DNA of 63,951 nucleotides, filler included, from 8 parts of 8 records of this genome joined end to end with filler, not necessarily neighbours in it, one strand, 5' to 3'. Positions 1 through 10,291 are shown, counted from the first letter of the whole stretch. The notes: generated by a model not told the origin, from the sequence alone. Translations and numbers: made by a program.

Positions 1-966
<966 letters not shown>

Positions 967-1010
967 TCAGGATAAATGGGGTGCGTGTGGCTGCAAGAGC
1001 GGTAACGCGT

Positions 1011-1096
1011 TTCCATCCCTACGCCGGCATAACCCGGATCAGGTTCGAAGGGTCGGCGCTATGCCTCTCAGCCCTTACGGGCACCCCTTGGAGTGC
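1011..1096 (-). ncRNA. TPP (THI-box) riboswitch
   Basis: The minus strand reads GGGGTGCCCGTAAGGGCTGAGAGG...ACCCTTCGAACCTGATCCGGGTTATGCCGGCGTAGGGA. It has the conserved CTGAGA and ACCTGAT...GCGTAGGGA elements and lies about 90 nt upstream of thiC. Confidence 0.96.
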
Positions 1097-1132
1097 GTGA
1101 AGCCTAGGCGGGAACCATCCCGATGAAAAGGG

Positions 1133-2521
1133 TTAATCCAGCTCGTTTTCAAAGGTGGCGAGAGTCTTGCCTAGGCGGATGACGATTTCGTCCACCTCTT
1201 CTTCGGTGACGGTGAGGGGCGGGGTGACCATCAGCCATTCGCCATACTTGCCGTCCGCCGTGCGCCGGGAATAGAGCAGCAGGCCATGCTGCATGCCGAT
1301 CTCGATCAGGCGATAGACGGCCTTCAGGTTCGCGGGCAGGATTTCTTTGGTTTCCTTGTCCCTGACGATTTCGATGGCGTTCAGCAGGCCGAGGCCGCGC
1401 ACGTCGCCGAGAATGGTGCTGCGGGTCTGCAAGTCGCGCAAACCTGCCCGCAGGCGCTCGCCCATCTTCGTCGCATTAGCCATCAGATCGTTGTCGATCA
1501 GCTCGCTCACCACCGCATGGCCGACGGCGCAGCTCAGCGGGTTGGCAACATAGGTATGGCCGTGCATGAAACCGCCTGCGCGGGTAACGGCATCCACCAT
1601 GGTGGCCGGCGCCAGCACCAGGCCGAGCGGCGTGTAGCCGGCCGCGATTCCCTTGGCCTGGGTGATCATGTCAGGCTTCGCATCCGGCCAGTGCTCGGCG
1701 CACAGGAAAGTCCCGGTGCGCCCGGCGCCGCACATCACCTCGTCATAGATCAGCAGCACGCCGTGTCTGGTACAGATGTCCCGCACCGCTTTGTAATAAT
1801 GGTCCGGCGCCACCAATGCGCCGGTGGCGAGACCGCCGACGGGCTCCATGATGAAGGCCAGCACCGTTTCCGGGCCTTCGTCGAGGATGGCCGCCTCCAG
1901 CATGGCGGCGGCATGCCGGGCATAGCTGTCAGCGTCGTGATTGTCCGGTAGCCGGTAGTTGAAGGGCGCGGGCACTTTCGGCATCACCCGCATCATGCCG
2001 GAGAACACCGCTTCGGAGGCCGGATCACCGCTGATCGCGGCGGCGCCGAGGGTGGAGCCGTGATAGCCGGGATCGCGGCCCAGCACCTTGCAGCGCGCGG
2101 TCTCTCCCTGAGTGATCGCGTATTGCCGCGCTAGCTTGATGGCGGCTTCGTTCGCTTCCGATCCGCCGGAGCAGATGAAAGCGCGTTCGAAGCCGGGCCC
2201 CGCATGCTGTGTCACCAGATCTGCCAGATCGATATTGGGCTGGTTCTCGAAATGTGGCTTTCCGGCAAAGCAGATCTTCTGTGCCTGGTCGGTCATGGCG
2301 GCGATGACGCGTTCGTTGCCGTGGCCGATATTGGTCGCCACTGGCCCGCAGCAGGCATCCAGATAGTGCCGTCCCTCGATATCCCAGATCCAGGAGCCTT
2401 TGCCGTGGGAGACGACCGGGTGCCGCTTGCCGCCGTCCGGCGTATAGAAAACGTCGATCGGCCCGCCATGGCTGCCGAATGTTTGGCTGGTTTTGCCGGT
2501 TTCGTTGATTTCAGCCGCCAC
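1133..2521 (-). CDS. Class III PLP-dependent aminotransferase
   Basis: Motifs SGGSEANEAAIKLARQ, YHGSTLG, FIMEPVGG, LLIYDEVMCGAGRTG and AKGIAAGYTPLG. GTG start at 2521 is chosen for its GGGAG RBS. Confidence 0.92.
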   Translation of the reverse strand: MAAEINETGKTSQTFGSHGGPIDVFYTPDGGKRHPVVSHGKGSWIWDIEGRHYLDACCGPVATNIGHGNERVIAAMTDQAQKICFAGKPHFENQPNIDLADLVTQHAGPGFERAFICSGGSEANEAAIKLARQYAITQGETARCKVLGRDPGYHGSTLGAAAISGDPASEAVFSGMMRVMPKVPAPFNYRLPDNHDADSYARHAAAMLEAAILDEGPETVLAFIMEPVGGLATGALVAPDHYYKAVRDICTRHGVLLIYDEVMCGAGRTGTFLCAEHWPDAKPDMITQAKGIAAGYTPLGLVLAPATMVDAVTRAGGFMHGHTYVANPLSCAVGHAVVSELIDNDLMANATKMGERLRAGLRDLQTRSTILGDVRGLGLLNAIEIVRDKETKEILPANLKAVYRLIEIGMQHGLLLYSRRTADGKYGEWLMVTPPLTVTEEEVDEIVIRLGKTLATFENELD

Positions 2522-2575
2522 TGTCCGCTCCCGATTTTGAATGTGGATCATGCTCCGGGAAGGAGGAAATCACAT

Positions 2576-2594
2576 TATTGTACGCTGTACAATA
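2576..2594. promoter_or_regulatory. Palindromic operator candidate TATTGTAC-GCT-GTACAATA
   Basis: Perfect 8-bp arms, AT-rich in a GC-rich contig, between the tetR stop and the aminotransferase start. Confidence 0.65.
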
Positions 2595-2598
2595 GAAG

Positions 2599-3318
2599 CT
2601 ATTCTGGAGTGTTGCCGCGCTCGGCTATTTGCGCCAGACCAGCGATCAAGGCGTCCGTGAACATCTCGAAACCCGGCTCCAGAGAGGACTGGGATCCGTT
2701 CTGCCAGCGCAGGACCAACGCCCGGTTCAACAGCCGGTGGCGTTCCGCTGTAAGGGTCGGGTAAAGCGCGGGATCTGCTTCTTCGATGCTGGCCGTAAGG
2801 GATGCTTTCAGATCGCCGTCCGGATCGGGAAAGACATGGGCGAATTCCTGGGTGGCATAGCCGCACAGGCCTGTAATCACGGTGTTGTAGGCGGCGACCA
2901 GATTTTCGTCCTTGAAACCGGCGCGGGCGAGCGTGGCGAGAATACCTTCGACCAGCTTCAAATCGACACTGGCGCTGGAGACCAGATGGCCGCCGATCAG
3001 GGGGGATATGTTCGGATGCGCGCGCACCACGTCCCGGTAACGCCGGAACAGGGCTTTCAGCCAGACCCGCCAGTCCGGATCGGGCTCCGGCAGTACATCG
3101 GCAAACAGGGCGGCGATCAGCCGGGCGATCAGGTGATGGCGGTTGGGCACATGCCAGTAGAGCGCTGTGGGGTAGACGCCCAGAGCCTTGGCGATGTTGC
3201 GGATGGAGAAACTATCCAACCCCTCCCGGTCCAGCAGATTGATCGCAGCGGCGATGATGGCCTCGCTCGACAGCGGGGTGCTTTTGGGCTTGCGTCTGGC
3301 GGGCTTCTCCTGGACCAC
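2599..3318 (-). CDS. TetR-family transcriptional regulator (TetR_C-type C-terminus)
   Basis: HTH region IIAAAINLLDREGLDSFSIRNIAKALGVYPTALYWHVPNR; C-terminal FEMFTDALIAGL. Confidence 0.93.
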   Translation of the reverse strand: MVQEKPARRKPKSTPLSSEAIIAAAINLLDREGLDSFSIRNIAKALGVYPTALYWHVPNRHHLIARLIAALFADVLPEPDPDWRVWLKALFRRYRDVVRAHPNISPLIGGHLVSSASVDLKLVEGILATLARAGFKDENLVAAYNTVITGLCGYATQEFAHVFPDPDGDLKASLTASIEEADPALYPTLTAERHRLLNRALVLRWQNGSQSSLEPGFEMFTDALIAGLAQIAERGNTPE

Positions 3319-3322
3319 CGGT

Positions 3323-4078
3323 TTAGTCCGACAGATCGACAGGGGAGAATTCGGATTCGTCCGGACGTCCGGGGGCGAAACGCCAGACCGGATTGCGGCC
3401 CGGATCGGCGGGCAAGGCGATCAGGGATGAGGAGACGGTGGCGAAGCCGGCACCGTTATCGAGATTGAGCGCGGAGCCATATTCACCGGAGACCGCGCGG
3501 GTCCGGTCGGCGAGCAGCTTTTCCCAACTGGCCCAGTCATCGCCCTCCGGGTCCGGTGCGTCGGCAATGCGGAAGCGGGGCAGGGCCCGTCGCACACGTG
3601 GACTATCTGGATCATTGACGTCGTAAGCCGTGAATACCGAAACGCCTTCGGGGATCTCGAAAACATCGATCTCGCCGTCTTCCGTCGCTTCATTGCGCAG
3701 CCAGAATGCCTTTTCCGCATCGGCGATCAGCATGTTGAAGCTGCGATAGCTTGTTCCGTCCAGCTCTCCCAATGCCTTGGCGGCTGCCTCGGCCTCGGCA
3801 TGGTCCAGCGCTTCAAGCACGACTTCGCCCCGAGAGCGTTTTCCGTCCGCGGGACCGAGTGAGCCCTGACGGTTCAGAATTCCGGCGGTGAGGCCATGAT
3901 CGTTCACACCGAGCCAGGAGCCGCGACTCAATTCGTCGAGACCGGCGACAACATGAGGCCGGTCGGGCCAGTGGCGGGCAGGCGCCTTCCAGGGTCGGGA
4001 CTGCATTTCATCACGATTTGCGGCGATCAGGACCGGCCAGTCATGGCCCGGGCGGCGGAGAATAACGAGGGTGCACAT
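3323..4078 (-). CDS. NRDE/TANGO2-family protein
   Basis: Starts MCTLVI...LIAANRDE and contains GSWLGVN, SRGEVV and TVSSSLI. Confidence 0.92.
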   Translation of the reverse strand: MCTLVILRRPGHDWPVLIAANRDEMQSRPWKAPARHWPDRPHVVAGLDELSRGSWLGVNDHGLTAGILNRQGSLGPADGKRSRGEVVLEALDHAEAEAAAKALGELDGTSYRSFNMLIADAEKAFWLRNEATEDGEIDVFEIPEGVSVFTAYDVNDPDSPRVRRALPRFRIADAPDPEGDDWASWEKLLADRTRAVSGEYGSALNLDNGAGFATVSSSLIALPADPGRNPVWRFAPGRPDESEFSPVDLSD

Positions 4079-4276
4079 GGCCGAGACCCTACGCCGGGCG
4101 AGAGATCACGGAAACATTTTTTGACAAGCGCCGGAATTGCGGCAATCTGCCCTTTAACAGAACATGCCGCGCCTGATAGATTGCCGCCGCATTCAAGATT
4201 CTGAGCCATGCCGCAGTTCGATTTGTCGGCCGGTTTGGTGTTCAGTACGGGAAAGAGACGAAGGGGTATTCGACCG

Positions 4277-4603
4277 ATGTCAGGTTTCGACAAACGCCAA
4301 AAGGGTGAAGAAGCAAAGTTCGCGCATGATTCCGAACTTGGTTTCAAGGCCAGCGCCCGCCGTAACAAGCTGCTTGGCCTCTGGGTCGCCGAGGAATTCC
4401 TCGGCAAGACCGGCGACGATGCGGCTGCCTATGCCAAGGAAGTCGTCGTGGCCGACATGGAAAAGCCGGGCGTCGACGATGTCGTCGAGTTCATTCTGAA
4501 GAGCGTGGAAGGTACCGGCGCGGATCTTTCCGAGCACCGTATCCGCCATAAGCTCGACGAGTTTATGGAAGTTGCGCTGCAGCAGATCAAGACCGAGGGC
4601 TGA
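4277..4603 (+). CDS. F1Fo-ATPase inhibitor zeta subunit (DUF1476)
   Basis: MSGFDKRQKGEEAKFAHDSELGFKASARRNKLLGLW matches the alphaproteobacterial zeta N-terminus. ATG at 4277; lies next to purB. Confidence 0.9.
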   Translation: MSGFDKRQKGEEAKFAHDSELGFKASARRNKLLGLWVAEEFLGKTGDDAAAYAKEVVVADMEKPGVDDVVEFILKSVEGTGADLSEHRIRHKLDEFMEVALQQIKTEG

Positions 4604-4631
4604 TACGCTTTCCTCTCAGAAATCTTAAAAG

Positions 4632-4661
4632 AAAACGGCGCCCGTTGAGGCGCCGTTTTTT
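4632..4661. terminator. Bidirectional intrinsic terminator
   Basis: AAAACGGCGCC-CGTTGA-GGCGCCGTTTTTT between the convergent zeta and purB genes. Confidence 0.85.
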
Positions 4662-4682
4662 ATTGTCGATATTCCAGGCAGT

Positions 4683-5190
4683 TTAGCTCTCGCCGAACAC
4701 CCGGTTGAAGATCGTGTTCACATGCTTGGTGTGGTAGCCGAGATCGAACAGGGATTCGAGTGCAGCAGCGTCGAGCAGCGCGGTCACTGCATCATCCGCC
4801 TTCAGCAGGGTCAGGAAGTCCTTGCCTTCCAGCCAGACCGGCATCGCGTTGCGCTGTACTGCCTGATAGGCGTCTTCCCGGCTCATGCCGGCCTGGGTCA
4901 GGCCGAGCAGCACGCGCTGGGAGTGAACCAGGCCGCCAAGCTGATCGAGATTGGTCTGCATGCCTTCCGGATAGATCAGCAGCTTGTCCACCACGTTTGT
5001 CAGGCGGGCGAGGGCAAAATCCAGTGTCACGGTGGCGTCCGGGCCTATCATCCGCTCGACGGAGGAGTGGGAGATATCCCGCTCATGCCAGAGCGCGACA
5101 TTCTCCATCGCCGGGACAACGGCGGAACGGACCAGCCGGGCGAGGCCGGTCAGGTTTTCGGTCAGCACCGGATTGCGCTTGTGCGGCATG
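4683..5190 (-). CDS. purB: Adenylosuccinate lyase (3' part, truncated by contig end)
   Basis: MPHKRNP, ALWHERDISHSSVER and SREDAYQAVQ motifs. Confidence 0.95.
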
Positions 5191-5290
5191 NNNNNNNNNN
5201 NNNNNNNNNNNNNNNNNNNNNNNNNNNNNNNNNNTTAATTAATTAANNNNNNNNNNNNNNNNNNNNNNNNNNNNNNNNNNNNNNNNNNNN
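5191..5290. other. Artificial contig spacer (N-run with TTAATTAATTAA)
   Basis: 100-nt linker with an all-frame stop cassette. The same linker recurs at 10192-10291, 32515-32614, 35897-35996, 40591-40690, 48650-48749 and 60773-60872. Confidence 0.99.
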
Positions 5291-5291
5291 G

Positions 5292-5321
5292 AGCGGCCTT
5301 CGTGAGGAGGTCGCTTTTTTT
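5292..5321 (+). terminator. Probable intrinsic terminator of an upstream gene outside the contig
   Basis: AGCGGCCT...AGGTCGCT stem followed by a T-run. Confidence 0.55.
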
Positions 5322-5381
5322 GATTTGGCTGAAAGACTTAATGGATTAAATTACAAGTAGGTACACTTCCATTTTCGTCTA

Positions 5382-7271
5382 TTGAAGGTCAAATTACTTT
5401 TCTTTACTTTTCTTCTATCACAGCTATTTTGGGTGCATGCCCAACAGGACGCATTGCAATATGAAGTCCTCAAATCAAAAACCGAGTCATGGTTTGGTGT
5501 GAGAACAGATTCTGCATTTGAGTATGCAACAAAAATGCTGGAGGTGGCGAGATTCCAAAACAATCACTCAAGAGTTGGTGAGTCCCTGATTTTTCAAGGC
5601 TTGGCTTATGGTTATCTGGACGATTTTCAAAATGAAATCATTTATTACAATAAGGCACTTGCTCACGGGTTGAAATTTGCTGATAGCCTGGGCATTGGTA
5701 AGGCACATTTGAATATCGGGGTAAATAAATTCTATCGTGGCTTGCTTGATTCAGCTGCCATTTCTTATGAATATGCCCGTGATATTTTTGAGCGTATCGG
5801 GGAGCGAAAATTTTTATCCTTTAGCTTGAATAACCTCGGGCAAGTTTATTCCAGGATCGGTAATTATGAAGAAGCATCCGAAGCGTATCAGGCCGCATTG
5901 GTGTTAAAGATGGAAGCGAAAGATTCCACTGCCATTTTGAACACCTATTTTAATCTATCAAGCCTCTATGTGTCCAGTAAATCCTATAGCAAGGCACTGG
6001 AATATTCCCGTTATACATTGTCGCTGGCAGAAGTTCTCCATGATTCAGTTTCGATCGGTGGAGCCTGGATTAATATTGGTGTTTCACTGAGAAAACTGGA
6101 TGATCAGGATCAGGCTTTAGCGGCATTGGCGTCTGCTGAAAAGTATACGCCCGTTTTTCATAAACCCAGCCTGCTCATTGACCTCTATGGGACATTTACT
6201 GAAATATACTTGACCCGAAAGGATGTCAAAAATGCGCGGAGGTATTTGCGAAAAATGGAATCTGTGATTCGGGAGGATGCTTTTTTGCAAACCCAAATGA
6301 AGTTTCATGAACTGAGTTATCAGATCAATAAAATGGAAGGGAATGATAGGGCGGCACTCGCATCACTTGAAAAGCACGTGGAGGTGAAAGAGAACTATTT
6401 GTCCGAATCGGTTCAAAAAAACATAGCCGAATTGGAGAAAAAATATGAATCGGAACAAAAAGAGCACACCATTGCCGAGCTCGAACTTGATCAGAAAAAT
6501 GCGGCACTGGCGCTGGCCAATTCAAATAATCAGCGAAATTTATTTATCTCTGGGTTTTTATTGCTAGTTGTTCTGGCCGGTTTCATGTTTTATCGTTTCC
6601 AGGTCAAGAAGAAAACCTCAGACTTGCTCGCTATCAAAAACGGCCAAATCACCGAGGCGTTGGAAGATCGCGAAACATTACTCAAAGAGATTCATCATCG
6701 TGTTAAGAATAACTTACAGATTATCTCAAGCTTGCTCAATCTTCAGGCAGGATCATTGGAAGACGAAGCGGCAGCAAATGCGGTGAAAGAAGGTCAGCAT
6801 CGTGTGAAGTCCATGGCACTCATCCATCAGAAACTATACAGCACGGAGGACATTCGGGGTGTGGACGTGCAGGACTATTTCGAAAACCTGACCAAGGCCT
6901 TGTTTAGTGCTTTTGGTGTGCAGCACATCGACTATGAGGTAAACACCTCAGGTCTCAAGTTGGATATAGATACGGTGATCCCCATTGGATTGATTGTGAA
7001 CGAGCTAATCACCAACGCCATAAAATATGCTTTTGCCAATGCAAAACAGGGACTCCTGCAGATAAACATGAGTGAGTTGGATGCTAAGCTTCAGTTGACT
7101 ATTCAAGATAGTGGCGAAGGTATGGACGAAGAGACGATGAAAACGTCTAATTCTTTTGGGTGGAAAATGATTCGTTCGCTTTCGCGGAAGCTCAAAGCCG
7201 AAATAAATATTGTCAATGATCAGGGCACTACGGTGCATTTAATCCTGCACAAGTATAAATTAGTGGTATGA
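5382..7271 (+). CDS. TPR-repeat sensor histidine kinase (HisKA_2 type)
   Basis: Signal peptide, TPR repeats (LNNLGQVYSRIGNYEEA), one TM helix, LKEIHHRVKNNLQIISSLL H-box, NELITNAIKYAF N-box and DSGEG. Confidence 0.93.
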   Translation: MKVKLLFFTFLLSQLFWVHAQQDALQYEVLKSKTESWFGVRTDSAFEYATKMLEVARFQNNHSRVGESLIFQGLAYGYLDDFQNEIIYYNKALAHGLKFADSLGIGKAHLNIGVNKFYRGLLDSAAISYEYARDIFERIGERKFLSFSLNNLGQVYSRIGNYEEASEAYQAALVLKMEAKDSTAILNTYFNLSSLYVSSKSYSKALEYSRYTLSLAEVLHDSVSIGGAWINIGVSLRKLDDQDQALAALASAEKYTPVFHKPSLLIDLYGTFTEIYLTRKDVKNARRYLRKMESVIREDAFLQTQMKFHELSYQINKMEGNDRAALASLEKHVEVKENYLSESVQKNIAELEKKYESEQKEHTIAELELDQKNAALALANSNNQRNLFISGFLLLVVLAGFMFYRFQVKKKTSDLLAIKNGQITEALEDRETLLKEIHHRVKNNLQIISSLLNLQAGSLEDEAAANAVKEGQHRVKSMALIHQKLYSTEDIRGVDVQDYFENLTKALFSAFGVQHIDYEVNTSGLKLDIDTVIPIGLIVNELITNAIKYAFANAKQGLLQINMSELDAKLQLTIQDSGEGMDEETMKTSNSFGWKMIRSLSRKLKAEINIVNDQGTTVHLILHKYKLVV

Positions 7272-7963
7272 GCAAACCGTCCATACTGGTTGTAGAAGAT
7301 GAGCCACTTATAGCCGATGATATCGCTGCAATTCTGGAAAAAAACGGGTTTGAGGTCTACTTGGCAGATGAAGCCAATGAAGCATTGGATATCATAGCTA
7401 CGGATAACCCAGATTTGGCCATTTTGGATATCAACATCGACGGTGATCAGGATGGCATAGCTCTGGCAGCTCAGATAACGATTCCTTTTGTTTTTCTGAC
7501 TTCCTATTACGACAAAGCCACGCTGGCTCGTGCGGCCAAAGTGAATCCATCGGGTTATTTGGTGAAACCCTTTGATGAAAACGAGTTGATAGCCAATGTG
7601 GAGATTGCCATGAGCAAAAAACAAATCCTGACACAATCCTCTCCACAGTTCCCAGAGAAATTATTTGTTCGGAAAGATCAGGAGATCATTGCTGTGATGT
7701 CCGATCAGATCGTCTATGCCGAGGCGTTTGACAACTATACCAATCTTTTTACCAGTGACGATAAGTACATCATCAGTCATACCCTCAAGCGTGTAGAGGA
7801 GACCTTAGAGCCTCACGGGTTTATGCGGGTTCACCGATCTTTTTTGATCAACTTCAACGCCATAGACAGCATCGCCGAAAACTTTGTGTATCTGAAAGGC
7901 CACAAAGTGCAAATAGGTAAAGCCTACAAGAAACAACTCATGGATCGGTTGACGATGATTTGA
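7268..7963 (+). CDS. LytTR-family response regulator
   Basis: REC domain (ILVVEDE, LDINI, YLVKPF) plus a LytTR domain (FMRVHRSFLIN). Overlaps the kinase stop by 4 nt. Confidence 0.94.
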   Translation: MSKPSILVVEDEPLIADDIAAILEKNGFEVYLADEANEALDIIATDNPDLAILDINIDGDQDGIALAAQITIPFVFLTSYYDKATLARAAKVNPSGYLVKPFDENELIANVEIAMSKKQILTQSSPQFPEKLFVRKDQEIIAVMSDQIVYAEAFDNYTNLFTSDDKYIISHTLKRVEETLEPHGFMRVHRSFLINFNAIDSIAENFVYLKGHKVQIGKAYKKQLMDRLTMI

Positions 7964-8019
7964 TCCGGAATGGAATTTCCGGAATGGATTTCCCGGAAAG
8001 GGTTTCCCCGAAAGGGTTT
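7964..8019. repeat. Four degenerate tandem 14-bp units
   Basis: TCCGGAATGGAATT / TCCGGAATGGATTT / CCCGGAAAGGGTTT / CCCCGAAAGGGTTT, starting immediately after the regulator stop. Confidence 0.8.
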
Positions 8020-8050
8020 TGGAGCGTTTTTTCCCACGAAAGCTTTTGGT

Positions 8051-8083
8051 CGGTTAACTAAATTTTATTGGCGTTCTACTAAA
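8051..8083 (+). promoter_or_regulatory. Putative LytTR binding direct repeat (21-bp period)
   Basis: CGGTTAACTAAA at 8051 and CGTTCTACTAAA at 8072, about 60 nt before the next ATG. Confidence 0.55.
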
Positions 8084-8142
8084 ACGACCTTTCTTAGGCA
8101 GGCCATAGAGGCGAATTTGAATATCAATTCAAAAATTCGTCT

Positions 8143-10185
8143 ATGAAATTTATCTACTCTCTTTTACTTGTCTTAGCAACTTCATCCTATTTATCGGCAC
8201 AAACGCTGGTTGACAAATGGTCTGCATCATTTAGTAATCCAAACGGGCCGGGAGCACTGGAATATGTAAACTCCGTAACGGATTCCAATGGTAATATGTA
8301 TGTCTTAACCACAGCATTTACTGGAGGTGATTATGACGCCATACTTATCAAATTTGACTCGGATGGGAATAAAGATTGGCATGTAGTATACTCCTCCAAT
8401 TATGGCGATTCTGAAGATTTTGGAGTTGATCTGGCATTAGATGCTTCAGAAAATATTTACACCCTAATAAACATAAACCCAGATGATGCTGAGAATTCGT
8501 CAGTTGCAAATGGATATATCATAAAAAAGTACAATTCTTCAGGAACCGAACTAGCGGATTATGAAGATGTGAATGATGCAACCGTGAAATATGGGGCTAT
8601 TGGTTTTGACATTGGCTTCAAAGGCACTCAAATTTTTGCGACATCTTCTCGTTTGGCTGGTGGTAATGGATTTCAAGCTCGCCTATTGAGACTTACTACC
8701 TCTTTATCTGGGTCAGCAACTGCCACCTATGATACAAGTGGTGACGATCTAGCTGGTCAGGTGTACTTGCCGGACGATGGTAGTAGTGAGCTTTTCTGGA
8801 TGATTAGCCAGGGAACAAATGTCATACGGAGATACTACAGCGTGAATTTTAGCAGTGGTTCCAGCACTTCTTTTTCGGATGTTGTTTACAATATTGGATC
8901 TGAGATTGCCGCTATCCATAAGGCGGTAGGCTCATCTAACATTTATGGAGAACTAACTGATGGTCGCTACTTTATATCGACTATTGGAAGTAATAAGGTT
9001 ATTTTTTCCAGTTTATATACGATAAACGATGTGTATAAAGAGGGCACCAACGTCTATGTAACTGGCTCTAAAACAATCGCTGGTCACCAGGAGCTTTTAT
9101 TCAGTGCCTATTCAGGTAGTACCATGCAGTTTGAATACTATTTGGATGAGGATCATGGCAGTCTAAATTCTTCCGGCCAGTCTATCTATGACAATGGGGA
9201 AATTACGATTGGAGGGAATTTAGTGAGTGATGGGTCGAATTATCCAGGTACTGTCACTTTCAACGCTTCAGGTCAAATTGAAGCCTCTCCTTATCTTGGG
9301 GTTACTTCAGAGAGTGTTGTGGGGGCCATGCAAGGGGCTGGTATTGATAATATCATTATTGTCAATACAAGTAGCGCTGTTCGTTTATACGCACAATGCG
9401 ATCCGCCATCGTTCGATTTGGGTGCGGATTTTACAGCAACTGAAGGAGAAACCGAAACAGTGGGTAATGACTTACCCCCCGACATGACTTATCTATGGTC
9501 TACTGGTGCTACCTCCAAAACCATTGATGTGACGGTTGATGGGACTTACAGTGTTACAGTGACGAATACGAGTGGATGTTCGGCATCAGATGAGGTTACA
9601 ATTGATTTTCTATTGCCAGCGCCAAGCGCACCAACCATGCTTCAGCCTACCATTGAGCAGTCAGGCTCGCCGTATGCAGATATTGGAATACACTGGACGA
9701 ACGAAGATCCATTAGCCACAAGTCATGTAGTGACCCAGGCATATCCGGATTTGGGCAGTGAGTTTACCTATCAATATGCGAATTCCGGAAATTCACAGGT
9801 GATTCAAGTTAGCGGTGGTGATTTTACGCGTTATGCCGTGACTGCCAAAAATGATGACGATGTGAATGGCGGATCTACTCCCTATTTTTCTTTGAACGGC
9901 TGTGCGGAATATACCATGCCACAGTTAGAAGCCTATTTGACCAACCTGACTGTTGCCGGCCAGGAGTCACTTGCCGGAGGAGGATCTGGTACCTATTCCT
10001 TAACTGGCTTTACTGGTGGAGATGATGAGCTAAAGTCATTTTTCGAATGGACGTTTCCAGAGGGGTGGGAAATCACGGAATACACTCAGGTCATGGTGAA
10101 AGTTGCAGTAGCTGAATACGCCTCAAGCGGACAAGTGAGTGTAGTCATTCGAAATGTATGTACTGGATTTGCAACAAAAAACTGA
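8143..10185 (+). CDS. Large secreted beta-propeller / Ig-like / PKD-like protein (Bacteroidetes surface protein; possibly truncated)
   Basis: Signal peptide; propeller-like repeats (DSNGNMYV, LIKFDSDGN); Ig-like repeat YLWSTGATSKTIDVTVDGTYSVTVTNTSGCSASDEV; PKD-like FEWTFPEGWEI. The stop lies 6 nt from the contig end. Confidence 0.7.
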   Translation: MKFIYSLLLVLATSSYLSAQTLVDKWSASFSNPNGPGALEYVNSVTDSNGNMYVLTTAFTGGDYDAILIKFDSDGNKDWHVVYSSNYGDSEDFGVDLALDASENIYTLININPDDAENSSVANGYIIKKYNSSGTELADYEDVNDATVKYGAIGFDIGFKGTQIFATSSRLAGGNGFQARLLRLTTSLSGSATATYDTSGDDLAGQVYLPDDGSSELFWMISQGTNVIRRYYSVNFSSGSSTSFSDVVYNIGSEIAAIHKAVGSSNIYGELTDGRYFISTIGSNKVIFSSLYTINDVYKEGTNVYVTGSKTIAGHQELLFSAYSGSTMQFEYYLDEDHGSLNSSGQSIYDNGEITIGGNLVSDGSNYPGTVTFNASGQIEASPYLGVTSESVVGAMQGAGIDNIIIVNTSSAVRLYAQCDPPSFDLGADFTATEGETETVGNDLPPDMTYLWSTGATSKTIDVTVDGTYSVTVTNTSGCSASDEVTIDFLLPAPSAPTMLQPTIEQSGSPYADIGIHWTNEDPLATSHVVTQAYPDLGSEFTYQYANSGNSQVIQVSGGDFTRYAVTAKNDDDVNGGSTPYFSLNGCAEYTMPQLEAYLTNLTVAGQESLAGGGSGTYSLTGFTGGDDELKSFFEWTFPEGWEITEYTQVMVKVAVAEYASSGQVSVVIRNVCTGFATKN

Positions 10186-10291
10186 ACGGATNNNNNNNNN
10201 NNNNNNNNNNNNNNNNNNNNNNNNNNNNNNNNNNNTTAATTAATTAANNNNNNNNNNNNNNNNNNNNNNNNNNNNNNNNNNNNNNNNNNNN

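Noticed and set aside
5191..5290. Recurrent TTAATTAATTAA in N-runs as a biological repeat or CRISPR-like array
   Set aside because: Identical 100-nt artificial linkers. Composition and apparent taxon change across them, so neighbourhoods across linkers are meaningless.
7964..8019. Possible mini-CRISPR
   Set aside because: The units are contiguous 14-mers with no spacers, and no cas genes are nearby.
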